Positions 48,970 to 62,739 of a stretch of 64,000 nucleotides of DNA are shown one piece after another. Source of the DNA: Obrimoposthia wandeli. Lineage: Eukaryota. The stretch lies in NCBI GenBank assembly GCA_977020255.1, contig CDROCS010002266.1, positions 1 through 64,000 of the forward strand. Direction: 5' to 3'. The position numbers and the translations under genes are program-made. How positions within the stretch are numbered: position 1 is the first letter of the stretch; every line of letters begins with the position of its first letter. Below the pieces are notes generated by a model that was not told where the DNA came from, made no database searches, and saw only the letters and a program-made list of their open reading frames with translations.

Positions 48970-50633
48970 TTTTGGGGTTTCTATTTGGAACTAGATCCTC
49001 TTATGGAGGCCCCCAACGTGAGTTCTGTATTAATAGGGCTTACAGATGTATACCTATTTAGTTTTATTATACTTGATTTAATCTCAAGTCTGAAGGTTTT
49101 TGTGCTAATGTAGTGTGAGGTGTGTACAGAGTTGTGTGCACGAGGTACTGAAAGGGTTCCCTTATTGTAATGTGGTGTGTAGAGGGATTGGTATCGTACT
49201 AATCCTAGGTGGATTGTTCAAGGTAACGCTACTTGTTTGTAAGAAAGATCTATTCTTTATTTCACACTAAATATGTTTTCTAAAAATGACAGACAACTAA
49301 TCTTATGACACTTTATGCAAAACACATACTAAATAAGGATGTCCTTAGCCTAACGTATCGATTTTAATTTTCTGTCTAGTAGTTTAGAGATCGGATTTTA
49401 TGTTCTACGTAACAATTTAAAAATTAGATTTTACGTCCATTAATTTCTGGCTTCCTAAATAACTCTAATTTATCTTGGCTCTTTGTTTTAATTCGAAAAG
49501 TTTGCTTTAGTTCAAAACTTTGTTTTAATTCAAAATCTTTGCTTCAATTCAAAAACTTTACTTTAATTCCCCAACTTTACTTTAATTCTAGAACTTTATT
49601 TAATTCAAAAAATTTAATTTACTGGACTACTTTTCACCTCTTCCTAAGATAGCGATAAGTCCACAGGATCCGGATTCGAGTCTCCCGTCTTGGCTCCTCA
49701 CGTTTGTCCGATCCGATTTGTTTCCAGTTACTGTCCAGTCTTGGTGGTTCCTTCCGTTGATTCGAGTGAACCTGGGACTCGATTCTCCTCTACGGCTCTT
49801 CTGGTTTGAGGTGACTTCTCGTTGCTCGACGTCTTCTGCTTTCTTTTTCTTCTAACTCTGTTACGAAGATGACTTTCTGCTTTCCAGCGAGAAGATTTTA
49901 TCAATCCTCAATGTCTCCGAATTCGCTTAAATGCTTATTTTATTTCTGTTAATTGACGATATTACAATTGTACACAGATGACTTTATGCTTTCCAATGAG
50001 GAGATTTTATCAATCCTCAATGTCTCAGAATTCGCTTAAATACTTTGTCTCTTTTCCAATTCACTTTTAATTAAATATCGTTAAAAAATTGTGCGCGGCC
50101 ACTGAATAGTCGTTTCTTATATAGTGGATTCTGTTCTCAGAAATCTGCTCTGAAAAGGGAAAAAACTCTCAATTACTCAAACCACTTAAATTAAGTGCAC
50201 TTACCTCGATACGAGTCTGGCAGCGGTTGGTTCCCAGCGAGAGTTGTTTATAAGCACATCCGATAAGTGCTTTCTCTAGAGTCGAGTCTGGCTCGCAGAT
50301 GCCGGATTCTCGCGACTGGGAACAGATGCCGTTTCCCACAATAATTGTTTAATTAAGTTTCCCTCAATTCCTTTTCTTCTGAGATAATATCAACTTTTTT
50401 TTTCTTTTTTGGGGATCTCTTAATTTTTTTGGCTTTCTATTAAAATCAACCTTACATATATCGGTACCTCTTCAAGGTCCTAAATTATTTTGATTTTTTA
50501 ATTTTTAATTAATTTTTTACCATGCAATTATTCTTAATCTTATCTAAATTTTATTTTATTTTTAATTTAAGGTGTACTTTTTCAATAATTAATTAATTTC
50601 CTATTTCAATCTTATAAACTCCTAATCTTAACA
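48970..50633 (-). mobile_element. Solo LTR-like element, copy 3 (inverted)
   Basis: TTTTGGGGTTTCTA...GGCCCCCAACGTGAGTTC is the reverse complement of the family end, and the element closes at CTTAACA. The flanks AACA / AACC are a 3-of-4 match, consistent with a decayed target-site duplication. Confidence 0.75.
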
Positions 50634-51040
50634 AACCTATAGGTCAGCCGAGAGCTAACCCTCGTGACGATGATTCAAGTCCTGGTTTACTCAGAGAATT
50701 TTTAATCCCTGGTATATTCAATGGAGCATCGTCAGCATAGATTGGTTCCGGCTTAGTTTTGCTGATTTGAGGTTGAATATAACATCTAAATTGGTCTAAC
50801 CGGCTTAATACATCAAACACACACGAAACAACATTAGTTTTAGGAACCCGCTAGTTATCTTAAACACAATCTATGTACACAACACAAGTAGAACAAATAC
50901 AAAACCTCCAGATAGTGAGACAAACCTTCAGAGAATAGAGAATAGATAGGCCACATCCATCTGTAAACCCTATCGCTACAGATCTCACGTTGGAGACCAT
51001 ACGAAGATTCTAATCAGACAATTATTAGAAAACAACAACA
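50634..51040 (+). mobile_element. 3' part of an older LTR-family copy into which copy 3 inserted
   Basis: Homologous to 16420-16837; ends TAGAAAACAACAACA. Confidence 0.65.
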
Positions 51041-52238
51041 AAATTATCTAAAAAACAACTTTTAAAACAACTTTTTCTATTTTGGTTAAGATAACTTGAT
51101 ACTTTTAAATTGAAGGTTACTTTTGAAAAGACAATTTGTTATAACACCTTTACTTTTTTGGACATTACTTAAGACTGGCCTCGAATTTTTCGGATGATAG
51201 TTGAAATAAATTAATTACAAAAATTGTGATTTAGTTTTGTCCAAAATTTTTACAAACCTCCTAAAGGAATATTAACTTGTAATGAACTGGATTAAAACAA
51301 TCAATTTATTTGACAATAGTTAAAGATACATTTTAACATGTTTTTTCTAAAATACAAAATAAATATATAATAAGAATTGCATCATTATTAAAAAAATAGT
51401 TCAATAATTAGATGAATTTTAATTAGATAAGTTTTAATAGTTATTATATATCTAGAATATACATATTATTTTTCTATTTTTAATATTTGAATTAGATAAA
51501 TTGATATTTTTATATTGTAGATAATTTGGGATAAGACAATTTGTATTTAACACACTTATTTTTTTATTTTGAACATTGCTTAAAACTGAGGTCGATTTTT
51601 CAGGATCTAATTACAAAAATTTCGGTTTAGTTGATTTATTTCATTTAAACGAAAATCTTATGTTTTGTTGATCATTTTACAACAGTTCTAATTAAAGTGC
51701 AAGAACAAAAAATTAAAGCTGAAAATATAAAAGAGTTCAATTTAGTACCATGAACTTATACCAAATACTGTATTCACAAGATGGGAATAAATATATATAT
51801 CGGTGAAGAAATTCCTTTTTATCATTTATACTCATTGTAAAAAATCTAAATTTGATTTTCTATTTATTGAAAATTAATAAGATCACATCGTTACATTATT
51901 ACTAATTTATTGTTATGTTTTTAATACAATTCTCTTTAGCTTGTTCTAGTTTTTTATTGTGTTTTTATAACAATATTATTTATTGTTAAATTTCAAAATC
52001 TTTATTTACCGAAGTTTATTTAATTTTTATGGAACAATTAGTAAACAAAGGATTTAAAAATATAATTGTAAAATAATTTTATTAAGTTAAGTTCGAAACA
52101 GTAATGAAAATCTAAAGAACACATGATTAATATTATTATAATTTTCTATGACCTCATCTGCAGTTTTTTGTTGTTGTAATTAACCTTAACTGCACAAAGA
52201 ACGAATTCTGACTTAAACTTTTATCATTTTTAAACAAA

Positions 52239-55200
52239 ATGCTGAAATTCGATTTCTTGAAAGTTCCTGTGAAGGAAATAAAGAAAGTTCAATTCGGAGT
52301 GGTTTCTGCAGAAGAATTGGTATGAAATAATTTGTATATAAAAATTCTAGAGAACTACTTTTGTTTATAAATTAACAATGTAAGATAACCCTTTGAAAGT
52401 CTTAAGATTATTAATTTAAATGTCATAAAAATAAAATAATAAGAAAATATCTTTTAAAAACTATAAGTAGTCTGATTATTACATATGATAAGTTTTTAAT
52501 AACAACTCAAAACATATGGAAGGCCATGATTTTTTCTATTCCTTTTAAAAAATAATTTATGTTACTTACATCATTAAGTAATGCATTTAATTATTAATAT
52601 ATATTTTGGAAATAAACTTCGAAAATTTCAAATTACAGTAAAAAAAATTTGTTCTGAACTATACTTTTATATTAATTAATTGGAAAATATAATAATTTAT
52701 TTGTTTGGGGTTCTATATGTATGATTAACAAAATCTAAATTAAAGTAGGTGCGATATAAATAAAACAGGTAAAATGATTTAATTTGGACTTTCTTTTCGA
52801 CGTGTTTTTACATCGCTTTGTCATTTATTTGCTTGGAGTCTGGAAACATTAATTCAAGCTATCTCTAAATTTGATACACTTGTAGAAAGCAATGCATTAA
52901 AGTATTTGCCTTTTTAAATATTTAGATGTTGATCTCGTTGATATTTCGACATTTTTCAAACTTCATCAAACAAATAACGATAGTATACAACTATTTAATT
53001 ATATGTTTCCTCGAAACCACGGATACGTTTTAAACTATATAAAAATGGAGTATTGCTCCACTGAGGTATATTATTCTGAATTAATTAAAGACTTAAAAGG
53101 TCATTAATACTTGCTATGATTAATTTAGGATAAAGAAAATGTACCGATTTAAATTTTGCAGCTAATATAACAACTATAACAATTAATCTATTCCAATGTA
53201 TTAATGATGATTTTGACTAACAAATCCAAAGTCTAAATGAAAATAAAAATCATACATAACATATAATAATCAAACTTTACGTAGAATCTAATGAAATTAA
53301 AATGTCTAAAAGAGAAAGTTCTAAATCTAATAGCAACTATTTGAAATAAATGTCGCTTACAGTCTAAAATATTTGAACAAAACTTTTTTTTTGAAATAAC
53401 ATTGTAATTAATGCCATTATTAACATTATTACCCCCTTCAATTGACCCTCGTGTTATTGACCAATCTATTATTAGTTTATTTTCTAACGTAAGATAATTC
53501 TAGTTTAAATGTTTTTCTCATAAAGTACGTGTAACATAAATATTTGTACTACTTTATTAATTAGAGATATTATAATGTTAAGAAATAATCAGGAAGAGTA
53601 ATCGGTCATGGTGCATGGCCGTTCTTGGTTGGTGGAGTGATTTGTCTGGTCAATTCCGATAACGAACGAGTTTCTAACCTGCTAAATCAAGAATAACAAG
53701 ATTTTAAAATACATGGAACAATAATTATTTAAGACATACTCTGTCGAAATGGAAGTAAATAAATTTCTTATATGAGAGGGAAAGGTATTTATAATAATTC
53801 GGTCTAGGTGCTAACCATCATCAGAGAAAATCGTCTAAAGTTTGCAGAAGATCATTTGATTCAATCAATTTTGACAAAATTCTATGATCCAATTAAAAAT
53901 GGGCCAAGATCTTATAACGGCATTTTTCAGACGATATTCTCAAGCGAGATTCTTAATTTGGGGAATGTCGATGGGCTTCGTAATTTACGTATACATGTTG
54001 CTGGAAATCAATTGAAATCTAAGGAATATGTCAAAATCCTGAATGAAAAAGTCAGAAAAAATACAGATTATTATATATTGCAGATATCGACATGATAATG
54101 CTTTAATATATACAGCGACAATTACAAAAGATGATCAGACAGAAAACGACATTCCTAATATGTAATGAGCAGCTATTAGTCAGCATCTTAACCCCACCGA
54201 GAAGTTATAGGGAATTAAATGTTCCATTGTATATGGAAATACTCAGCAATATAAAGATGAAGCTGCTTTAACATCGATCATAACTGAAAACTGGCCAAAT
54301 ATACCTTTGTGGACCTTGAAAACACTGAGTAGTATGCCCATAGATTGCTCACTGTTATCAACAAAAAGTCGAATCTACAAAATATCAGTTTGTGTTGTAC
54401 TCTTAAGGGATTTTTTTGTCTAAGTAAATAAAAAGAGTTTAATATTTTAACTTTTGTTATTATTTTCCATTTAAGTAAATGAGTTATATTTTTAAGGTTA
54501 CCTTTAATTTCATTAATTTTAAAAATGACTTTAATGACTAATATAATTATGACTAGTTTCTTATACTAAAATAAAGTATCAGATCAAAATTAATAAATGT
54601 TTTAATACTAACTGTATTTCAAAAGTTATAAATAAAATGATATTTCAAAATAAGTATTTGTTCAAATATAACTGTTCAAACTGTAGATTTTGGTTATTTT
54701 AAAGAAAAGTAATCAAATATTTATAATATATATAATCAATTTCCTTTATTTTGTAAAAAATGTCAAATTTATATATTATTTTTTATTTCAGTCAAAACCA
54801 TACTCGTTAAACATTATTTTTAAATTAAAAGCAGATTCGAAACAAATTTAACTGCAATTTAAATATTAAAAAATTAATTGGACTATCTAATCCTTTCCAG
54901 TATTAATATATAACACGAAAAGTCAATATTTCTTGCATTAGCAGCGTTATTCCACATTTTGAAATGATAAACAATCATGCTGTACTATCAAAAGATGGAC
55001 AATGCAAGACATATTTCTAACACGTTAAAGCTAAATTGACCTATAATTACATGTCTTTTAAAAAATAGGTAGATATTGAAATGTAGGAGTGCAAAACGAA
55101 TATGTACATTGACCTTCGTCTGTATTTCATATGCAAATAATTAATGTAGCATCAATTTCTTAGTATTTGTAATAATTATTATTTACAGACAAATTCGAGT

Positions 55201-58200
55201 TAACTACAGTATTTTCCAACTACGAACGATTTGATGTATCTTCAGAATTTTCCAATATTGTTACTCTTTCTTCCCGTTAATGGCAAACTGTTGTAACCTA
55301 AACACATAAAAGTTTGGGCAAATGACAATTTCATGGCAACTATTTAGATCATTAAGGAAAATCTCTCACAACCGAGATTCGGTTGGTGATTGATGAAACT
55401 AATAAATATGCAATTAATTAACCAGTAACTTTCAAATAGTTCCATGATAAATCTGAAAATTTACGAAGCCAATTTTGAATAAATGTTATTGATCGACTAT
55501 CTATTGACGACTTACAATAAGATGCTGAATCGGCGTACAGAAACAAATGTCGGTAGTGGACGCAGAAGGGGTCATTTATCCCGAGAAAATGGAAAACGGC
55601 AGAACAAAGAAGAACGGTCTGATGGACCCACGCCAAGGTCCGGGAGATTGGTCAAATTTGTGCCATACATGCTTCGCTGACATCGGGAAATGTCCGGGCC
55701 ATTTTGGGCACATCGAGCTGGCTAAGCCGGTCTTTCACATGGGCTTCAAGGAGAAGACGGTGAAAATGCTGCGCTGTGTGTGCTTCAACTGCAAACGACT
55801 GCTCGCCAACCCCGACTCGGATGAGGTCAGGCACATCGTGAACAATTACAAAAACGGAGCACGATTCGACAAAATGTACATCATCACTCAGAAGATAAAG
55901 ACTTGCCTCACTTTCGGTGAAGCAGATGCCCAGGACGATGGACAGGTGAGGTTTGTGGTTCCTTGACCCCAGCGTGTAGTCGACGGAGATATATTGCTAT
56001 GTTGCTAATCTGCACCGTCATTCCATAATGCTCCCTATTTGTCGTCCAGGGAAAGCTGCAGCAACAGTTCCGCGAGGGCTGCAACAAGATCCAGCCGAAA
56101 ATCAGCCGGAATGGACTCGACCTGTTTGTGGAGGACAAGGCGGAGAATGAGGCCAAGAAGCCGTTGAGTGCAGAAGTGGTGCACGACATATTCAAGGGCA
56201 TCAGCGAGGAGGACATGGTGGTGTTGGGCTTCAACCCACAGTTCAGCCGGCCAGAGTCCCTGGTGCTGACAGTGTTGGCAGTACCGCCTATGACGGTGCG
56301 GCCCTGTGTCGTGATGGGAATCAGCGGCAACAGCCACGACGATCTGACGCACAAGCTCACCGAGATCGTCAAGGTCAACAACGACATCCGTGAGGCCGAG
56401 AAACAAGGTGTGTCGAGTGCCATCCTGAGCCAGAAGCAGATGCTGCTGCAGTACCACGTGGCCACCTACATGGACAATGACAGTCCAGCATTGCCCACCG
56501 CCACACAGAAGAGCGGCCGCCCTCTCCGCAGCCTCAAGGCGCGTCTCAAGGGCAAGCAAGGCCGCATCCGGAGCAACCTCATGGGCAAACGGGTTGACTA
56601 TTGTGCCAGAACTGTCATCACCGCAGACCCCAACCTCAACCTTGACCAGGTCGGGGTACCACAAATGATCGCCCAGAACCTCACCTTCGATGAGAAAGTT
56701 ACGCCCTTCAACCTGCGCTTCCTGCAGTCGCTGGTCAATAATGGGTCCACGTACCCTGGTGCCGACTTCGTCATCAAAGAGAACGGTGAGAGGATCGACC
56801 TGAAGCGCAGACCGGACACCAAGGACGTCCGAATCCAGTACGGCTGGACAGTATCCCGACACATGATCAACGACGACATAGTCGTCTTCAATCGACAACC
56901 CACCCTGCATAAGATGTCTATGATGGGGCATCGGGTGAAGGTGCTGCCGTTTTCCACGTTCAGACTGAACCTCAGCGTCACATCGCCCTACAATGCAGAT
57001 TTTGATGGTGACGAGATGAACCTGCACCTGCCGCAGTCGCAAGCAGTTCGAGCCGAGATCAAGCAACTGGCACTGGTCAAGAATCTCTTCATCACACCGC
57101 AGTCCAACAAACCGGTCATGAGCATCGTGCAGGACACCCTTACTGGCTGCTACAAGATGACAGCGCGGGACGTCTTCCTGACCAAGGAACAGATGATGCA
57201 CCTGTTGATGTTCCTGGACGGCTGGGACGGAAAAATGCCGCGGCCGGCCGTCTACAAGCCAGTGCAATACTGGACCGGCAAACAGCTGTTCAGCATGATC
57301 ATCCCCGGCAAGCTGAACTGCAGCACCCTGCAGATGCAGCACAGCGACAGCGAGAATAACACACCCAACCACTGGATGTCGCCTCGAGACACGCGCGTCA
57401 TCATCCAGAACAGTCAGCTGGTGTGCGGTATCCTGTGCAAGAAGACGCTCGGAACCGGCTCCAACTCCCTCATCCACGTCATGGCGCTGGAGAAAAAACC
57501 TGACGAGGTGGCCATGTTCTTCAACAACTGCCAGACCGTCGTGAACAACTGGCTGATGTACAGCGCACACTCTATTGGGATTTCCGACTGTCTGCACGAC
57601 TCAGAGACTCGGAGTAGAATCAAGACTATCATCAAGCATGCCAAAGAGGAAGTGTACCAGACCATTGACAAAGCGCACAACTACGAGCTGGAGTGCCTAC
57701 CTGGCAAGAAGATGCAGGAGACATTCCAAGCAACGATTAACAATACGCTAAACATGGCAGTCGGAAGTACGGGAAAAGAAGCGCAGAATTCTCTGAACAA
57801 ATACAACAATCTGCTAATAATGGCCAGTTCCGGAGCCAAGGGATCCAAGATCAACATCGCTCAGATCATTGCTTGTGTCGGTCAACAGAACGTGGAGGGA
57901 AAGCGTATTCCGCGTGGCTACTTTGATCGAACTTTGCCGCACTTCCTAAAGGACGATGAGGGGCCCGAGGCGCGAGGATTCGTGGAGAACTCGTACTTGA
58001 ATGGTCTGACGCCATCGGAGTTCTTCTTCCACGCGATGGGCGGTCGAGAAGGTCTGATCGATACGGCGGTGAAGACAGCCGAGACTGGCTACATCCAGCG
58101 GCGTCTGGTGAAGGCCATGGAGTCGGTGAAGGTAGAGCCCGACGGAACAGTGCGCAACCAGACCGGCCAGGTGCTTCAGTTTGTGTATGGCGGAGACGGC

Positions 58201-61200
58201 TTGGATGGTGCTCACGTTGAGCGACAGAAGCTGCCGACCTTCTGGCTGAATGACGAACAGATGAAGCAGAGCTTTCACTTCAATCTGATGCATATGTCTG
58301 CTGGACTGGAAGAACTGGTATCATTCATGGATGAAGACGCTGTTAGTGAGCTGAGAAAACGCCGCACTGAGGCCATGCTGAGTCTGGACGAGGAGTTTGA
58401 GCAGCTGATGCGGGACCGGGACGGACTTCGTCAGTTTCTGCGTACAGAGAGCGTGGTGTTGCCGTGCAATCTGGAGCGACTTGTGCTTAACACGCAGTAT
58501 ATCTACAAGATTGATCCTCTAGGGAAGACCACTCTGTCACCACTGGAGGTGGTGGACGAAGTGAAGCAGCTCTGTGGAGAGCTGATAGTGGTGAGAGCTC
58601 GCGATACACTTAGTCGTCAGACCAATCACAACGCCTCTGCGTTGTTATGCTGCCTCATCCGCAGCGTCCTGAGCTCGAAACGAGTGATTGAGAAGTACCG
58701 GCTGACCTCGGATGCTCTACACCACCTTGTTGGTGAGATCAAGACTCTCTTTCACAAGGCCATAGTCAATATCGGCGAAATGGTTGGTGCTCTGGCAGCT
58801 GAGAGTATCGGGGAGCCGGCGACACAGATGACACTGAACACCTTCCATTTGGCCGGTGTGAGCAAGAAAAATGTGACGCTGGGAGTGCCGCGATTGAAGG
58901 AGATTATCAATATCGCCAAGAACCCCAAAACTCCCAGCATGTCTGTCTACTTGACGGACCAATACGGTAAAGATGTAGCCAAGGCCAGGGAGATCGCTGC
59001 TCGTCTAGAGTACGCAAATGTGCGTAAACTCGTGGACTTCAGCGAAATCTATTTCGACCCGAACCCGGAAGAGACGATTGTAGAGAGAGATCGAGAATGG
59101 TTAGGCATATACTACGACTTCCCGGACTTTAATGAAGACAAAGTCATGAACTATGTGTTGCGGATCAAACTCAACGAGAAGAAGCTGGAGTCGCTGAAGA
59201 TGGACCTATACCAGATCGCGGAGGCCATCTGCCAGTACTTTGACAATGATATCAGCTGTCATGTTCCGGACGACAACATTTTGCCAGTAATGCGTATCCG
59301 GGTGTTGAAGAAGTCCACGGAGATGGAGGAGAGTACCAGCGCTGCTGATCATCGGCAGTTCCTGGAGCTGATCGAGAACACTATCCTCAACGACGTCAGC
59401 TTGCAGGGCGTGCCTCAGATCAGTAAGGTGTACCTGAGCAACACGAGGACGCAAGACGACAAGTACCTGGAGGTTAACCTGGCCAATGGCGCATTCAAAG
59501 ACAAGATCGAGTGGATGCTGGAGACGGACGGCACTTGTCTGCAGGAGGTACTGGCACAGCCAGGTGTGGACCAAGTGCGCACCATCACCAACCACATAGT
59601 GGAGATATTCGAGGTGTTCGGCATCGAGGCGGCCCGCCAGGCCATCGAGAACGAGCTTGTGAAGGTGCTCTCCTTCGATGGCGGCTATGTGAACCACCGG
59701 CACGTGACGCTGCTGTGTGATGTGATGTCGAGCCAGGGCTACTTGATGTCGATAGACAGGCATGGCATCAATCGACAGGAGACGGGAGCCCTCGCTCGCT
59801 GCTCATTCGAGGAGACGGTGGACATCCTGATGAAGGCGGGTATGCACGCTGAGGTGGACCCCGTTGCCGGTGTCTCTGAGTCACTCATGCTCGGTCAGCT
59901 GGCGAGGGTTGGCACCGGTTGCAGCGACATCCACATGGACTTCAGCCTGTGCCAGGAGGCCCAGAGTCTGCCTAACCTTGGTGGTGGTGACTGTGGAGGT
60001 AGCAGCATGTTCATGACGGGAGGGTCCACGCCACTACTTGGGATTGATTCACCCAACATATCCAGCTGGGCCTCATCCGATTCCCCCTATGACGGCAGCC
60101 TCGGCTCTGGTACAGGCTCCCCATTTAGGGCTGCATTCTCGCCATCTTTGTCTGAGATGGGAATGTCCCCCTGCAACGCCATGGGCTACTTACCTTTACC
60201 TGGTTATAGTAGTCCGCACACACCGGATATATACGGCCTTAACCTTACCGCTATGACGAGCCCCTCCAGCTCTTCGACTTTGAGTTCCAGCATATCTGAG
60301 GGTTGCGCTGCATCTTCACCTGGTTACTCACCCAGCACCACAGAAATGGTCAGCAACTCTAGACACTCGCAAGCATCCCCAGGATATTCTCCAGTGTCGC
60401 CCGGATATTCACCGGTATCGCCAGGATATTCACCGGTATCGCCAGGATATTCACCGGTATCGCCAGGATATTCACCGGTATCACCAGGATATTCACCGGT
60501 ATCGCCAGGATATTCACCGGTATCGCCAGGATATTCACCGGTATCGCCAGGATATTCACCGGCATCCCCAGGATATTCTCCAGTCTCGCCTGGATATTCT
60601 GCCATTTCTCCGCGATTGAGTCTTGTCAAAAATGCATACAATCATATGTCATCGACACATTCTCCAACCTCTCCTGACTATTGTCCCACTTCTCCACGAT
60701 TGAATATTACATTCAATGCTTACAGGCCCGCTTCTCCGAGCTTTTCTCCCGCCTCTCCTGACTACATCCCGTCTTCTCCGCGAATGAATGGTACCTCCAA
60801 TGCTTGCAGACCCGGTTCTCTGAGCCTTTCTACCATCTCTCCTAACCACAGTTCCACTTCTCCACAATTGTGTAGTACTTACAGTCCTGCCTCTCCGAGC
60901 TATTCTCCTACATCGCCCAACTACAATCCCAATTCACATAAATACAGCCTCATCTCCAATGTATACAGACCTCCTTCAATTGGGTACTCGCATACTTCTC
61001 CACGATTGAGCGCTGTCTCGAATACTTACAATCCTGTGTCTTCAACTCCTTGCCCCAACTCGACAGGATATTCTCCCACCTCTCAACCAATGAGTGGTGC
61101 CTCCACTACCTACAGTCCTGCCTCTCCGACATATTCTCCCACTTCTCCACAAATGAGTGCTGCCTCCACTACCTACAGTCCGGCCTCTCCGACGTATTCT

Positions 61201-61821
61201 CCCACTTCTTCACAAATGAGTAGTGCCTCCAATACCTACAGTCCTGCCTCTCCAACCCCTTTCTCCAACTCGACAGGATATTCTCCTGCTTCTGCAAAAT
61301 TGAGAGGAGTCTCCAATACACATAGTCCTGCATCTCCGAGCTATCCTCCCACCTCACCCAACTTCAATTCATCTTTGCAGAGATACAGCCTCATTTCCAA
61401 TGCTTACAGGTCTTCTTGCCTTGGCTACTCGCTCACTACTACACGGTTGAGTGGTCCCTCCAATACGTACAGTCCTGCTTCTCCAACCCCTTGTCCCAAC
61501 TCGACAGGATATTTCCCCGGTTTTTCACAATTAAATGGTGCTTCCAATACTTACAGTCCCGCTTCTCCGACATATTCTCCCACTTCTCCACAAATGAATG
61601 GAGCTTCCAATACTTATAGTCCCGCTTCTCCGACATATTCTCCACAAATGGATGGAGCCTCAAATACCTACAGTCCCGCTTCTCCGACATATTCTCCCAC
61701 TTCTCCACAAATGGATGGAGCCTCCAATACCTACAGTCCCGCTTCTCCGACATATTCTCCGACTTCTCCACAAATGAGCAGTACCTATAGTTCAGCATAT
61801 CCTGCAAAATCTACGGACTGA
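52239..61821 (+). CDS. POLR2A: RNA polymerase II largest subunit, join(52239..52319, 55541..55945, 56050..61821), 2085 aa
   Basis: Exon 1 MLKFDFLKVPVKEIKKVQFGVVSAEEL|GT. Exon 2 KQMSV...GLMDPRQG...CPGHFGHIEL. Exon 3 has GKRVD, the catalytic YNADFDGDEMNLH, TPSEFFFHAMGGREGL, TQMTLNTFH and a C-terminal YSPxSP-type CTD. Both introns are GT-AG and phase 0. Confidence 0.97.
53609..53687 (+). rRNA. 18S rRNA fragment (pseudogenic) in RPB1 intron 1
   Basis: TGGTGCATGGCCGTTCTTGGTTGGTGGAGTGATTTGTCTGGTCAATTCCGATAACGAACGAG...CCTGCTAAAT matches the conserved SSU segment before V7, with a few substitutions. Confidence 0.88.
53810..54350 (+). mobile_element. Tc1-like transposase remnant in RPB1 intron 1
   Basis: RENRLKFAEDHL, a WG...G...L-like segment, YVKIL, HDNA and LNPTEKL, spread over shifted frames. 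Confidence 0.6.
60383..60613 (+). repeat. 21-bp coding tandem repeat (11 heptads, mostly YSPVSPG) in the RPB1 CTD
   Basis: GGATATTCACCGGTATCGCCA repeats almost identically. Confidence 0.95.
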
Positions 61822-62739
61822 TATATGATGTATTCACTGTTATATTGTTTTTACATATAGCGTATTCAATCATTACTTACAAGACATTTTTAGTTAATTC
61901 ACTAAATTATTAATATGTTTAGTTTGTAAATTCATTAATGTAAATTTTAACTATAAACTTAATAAATGTCTAACAGTATAAACTGTTAATAATTGATGGA
62001 TTGATACAAATGTATCTTAATGTACATTTAACCATCTGGGCCATTGAGATTAAAGCTCAATTTGTTTGAAAACATAATTTGAATAAAATTAGCATTTCCT
62101 AATTTTTAATTATTAAGTGTGAATGTTGTTTCTTTTTGATCTGATGTAAACTTTATTAATTTTTCCTTGCAACATATATGCATCAAACACTAAATGGATA
62201 TGTTTAATTTACTTTTACCCATGAATAAATTTCTAACAAAACTCAGTGTCAACCTTGTACTACCTTTGCCTAATTTATCCATCTTTGTATGATATTTTCC
62301 ACATAATCGACAGAGTTATATTCAAATTTGAGATGAGAATGAATGTCCTTTCTGATATGAAATCATACTATCTTGAATAAGCCAACAAAAATTATATCAC
62401 TGGAAGCATTTTAATGTTCAAATAATGTAAAAAAATAAAAAGAATATTTTTAGTTAAAAAATAAGGTCGTTTTATTAATCAGAAATTTAAATCAGCTATA
62501 AAGATTTGTACTGTAGCCTTTTACCACTTTGTAGAGTTAAAAGACAATAAAAGCTATAACAATTTGAATTTGTGAAACTGTATTTATTTTGCATAATTTA
62601 ACAAAAGTTGTCTTTTTCTAGAATGTTGTTCCAAGGTTACCACAGAGCTCCTCTCCAGTGTAAAATTATATGTTAAAATGTAAAAGCCTTAGCCTTTGTT
62701 CGGTTACGTCAGATGAGGTATTTTCATAGTCTGACGACT

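Noticed and set aside
55908-60867. Long minus-strand ORFs, including 520 aa at 56035-57597 and the EYPGDT repeat
   Set aside because: Antisense shadows of the GC-rich RPB1 exon and its CTD repeat.
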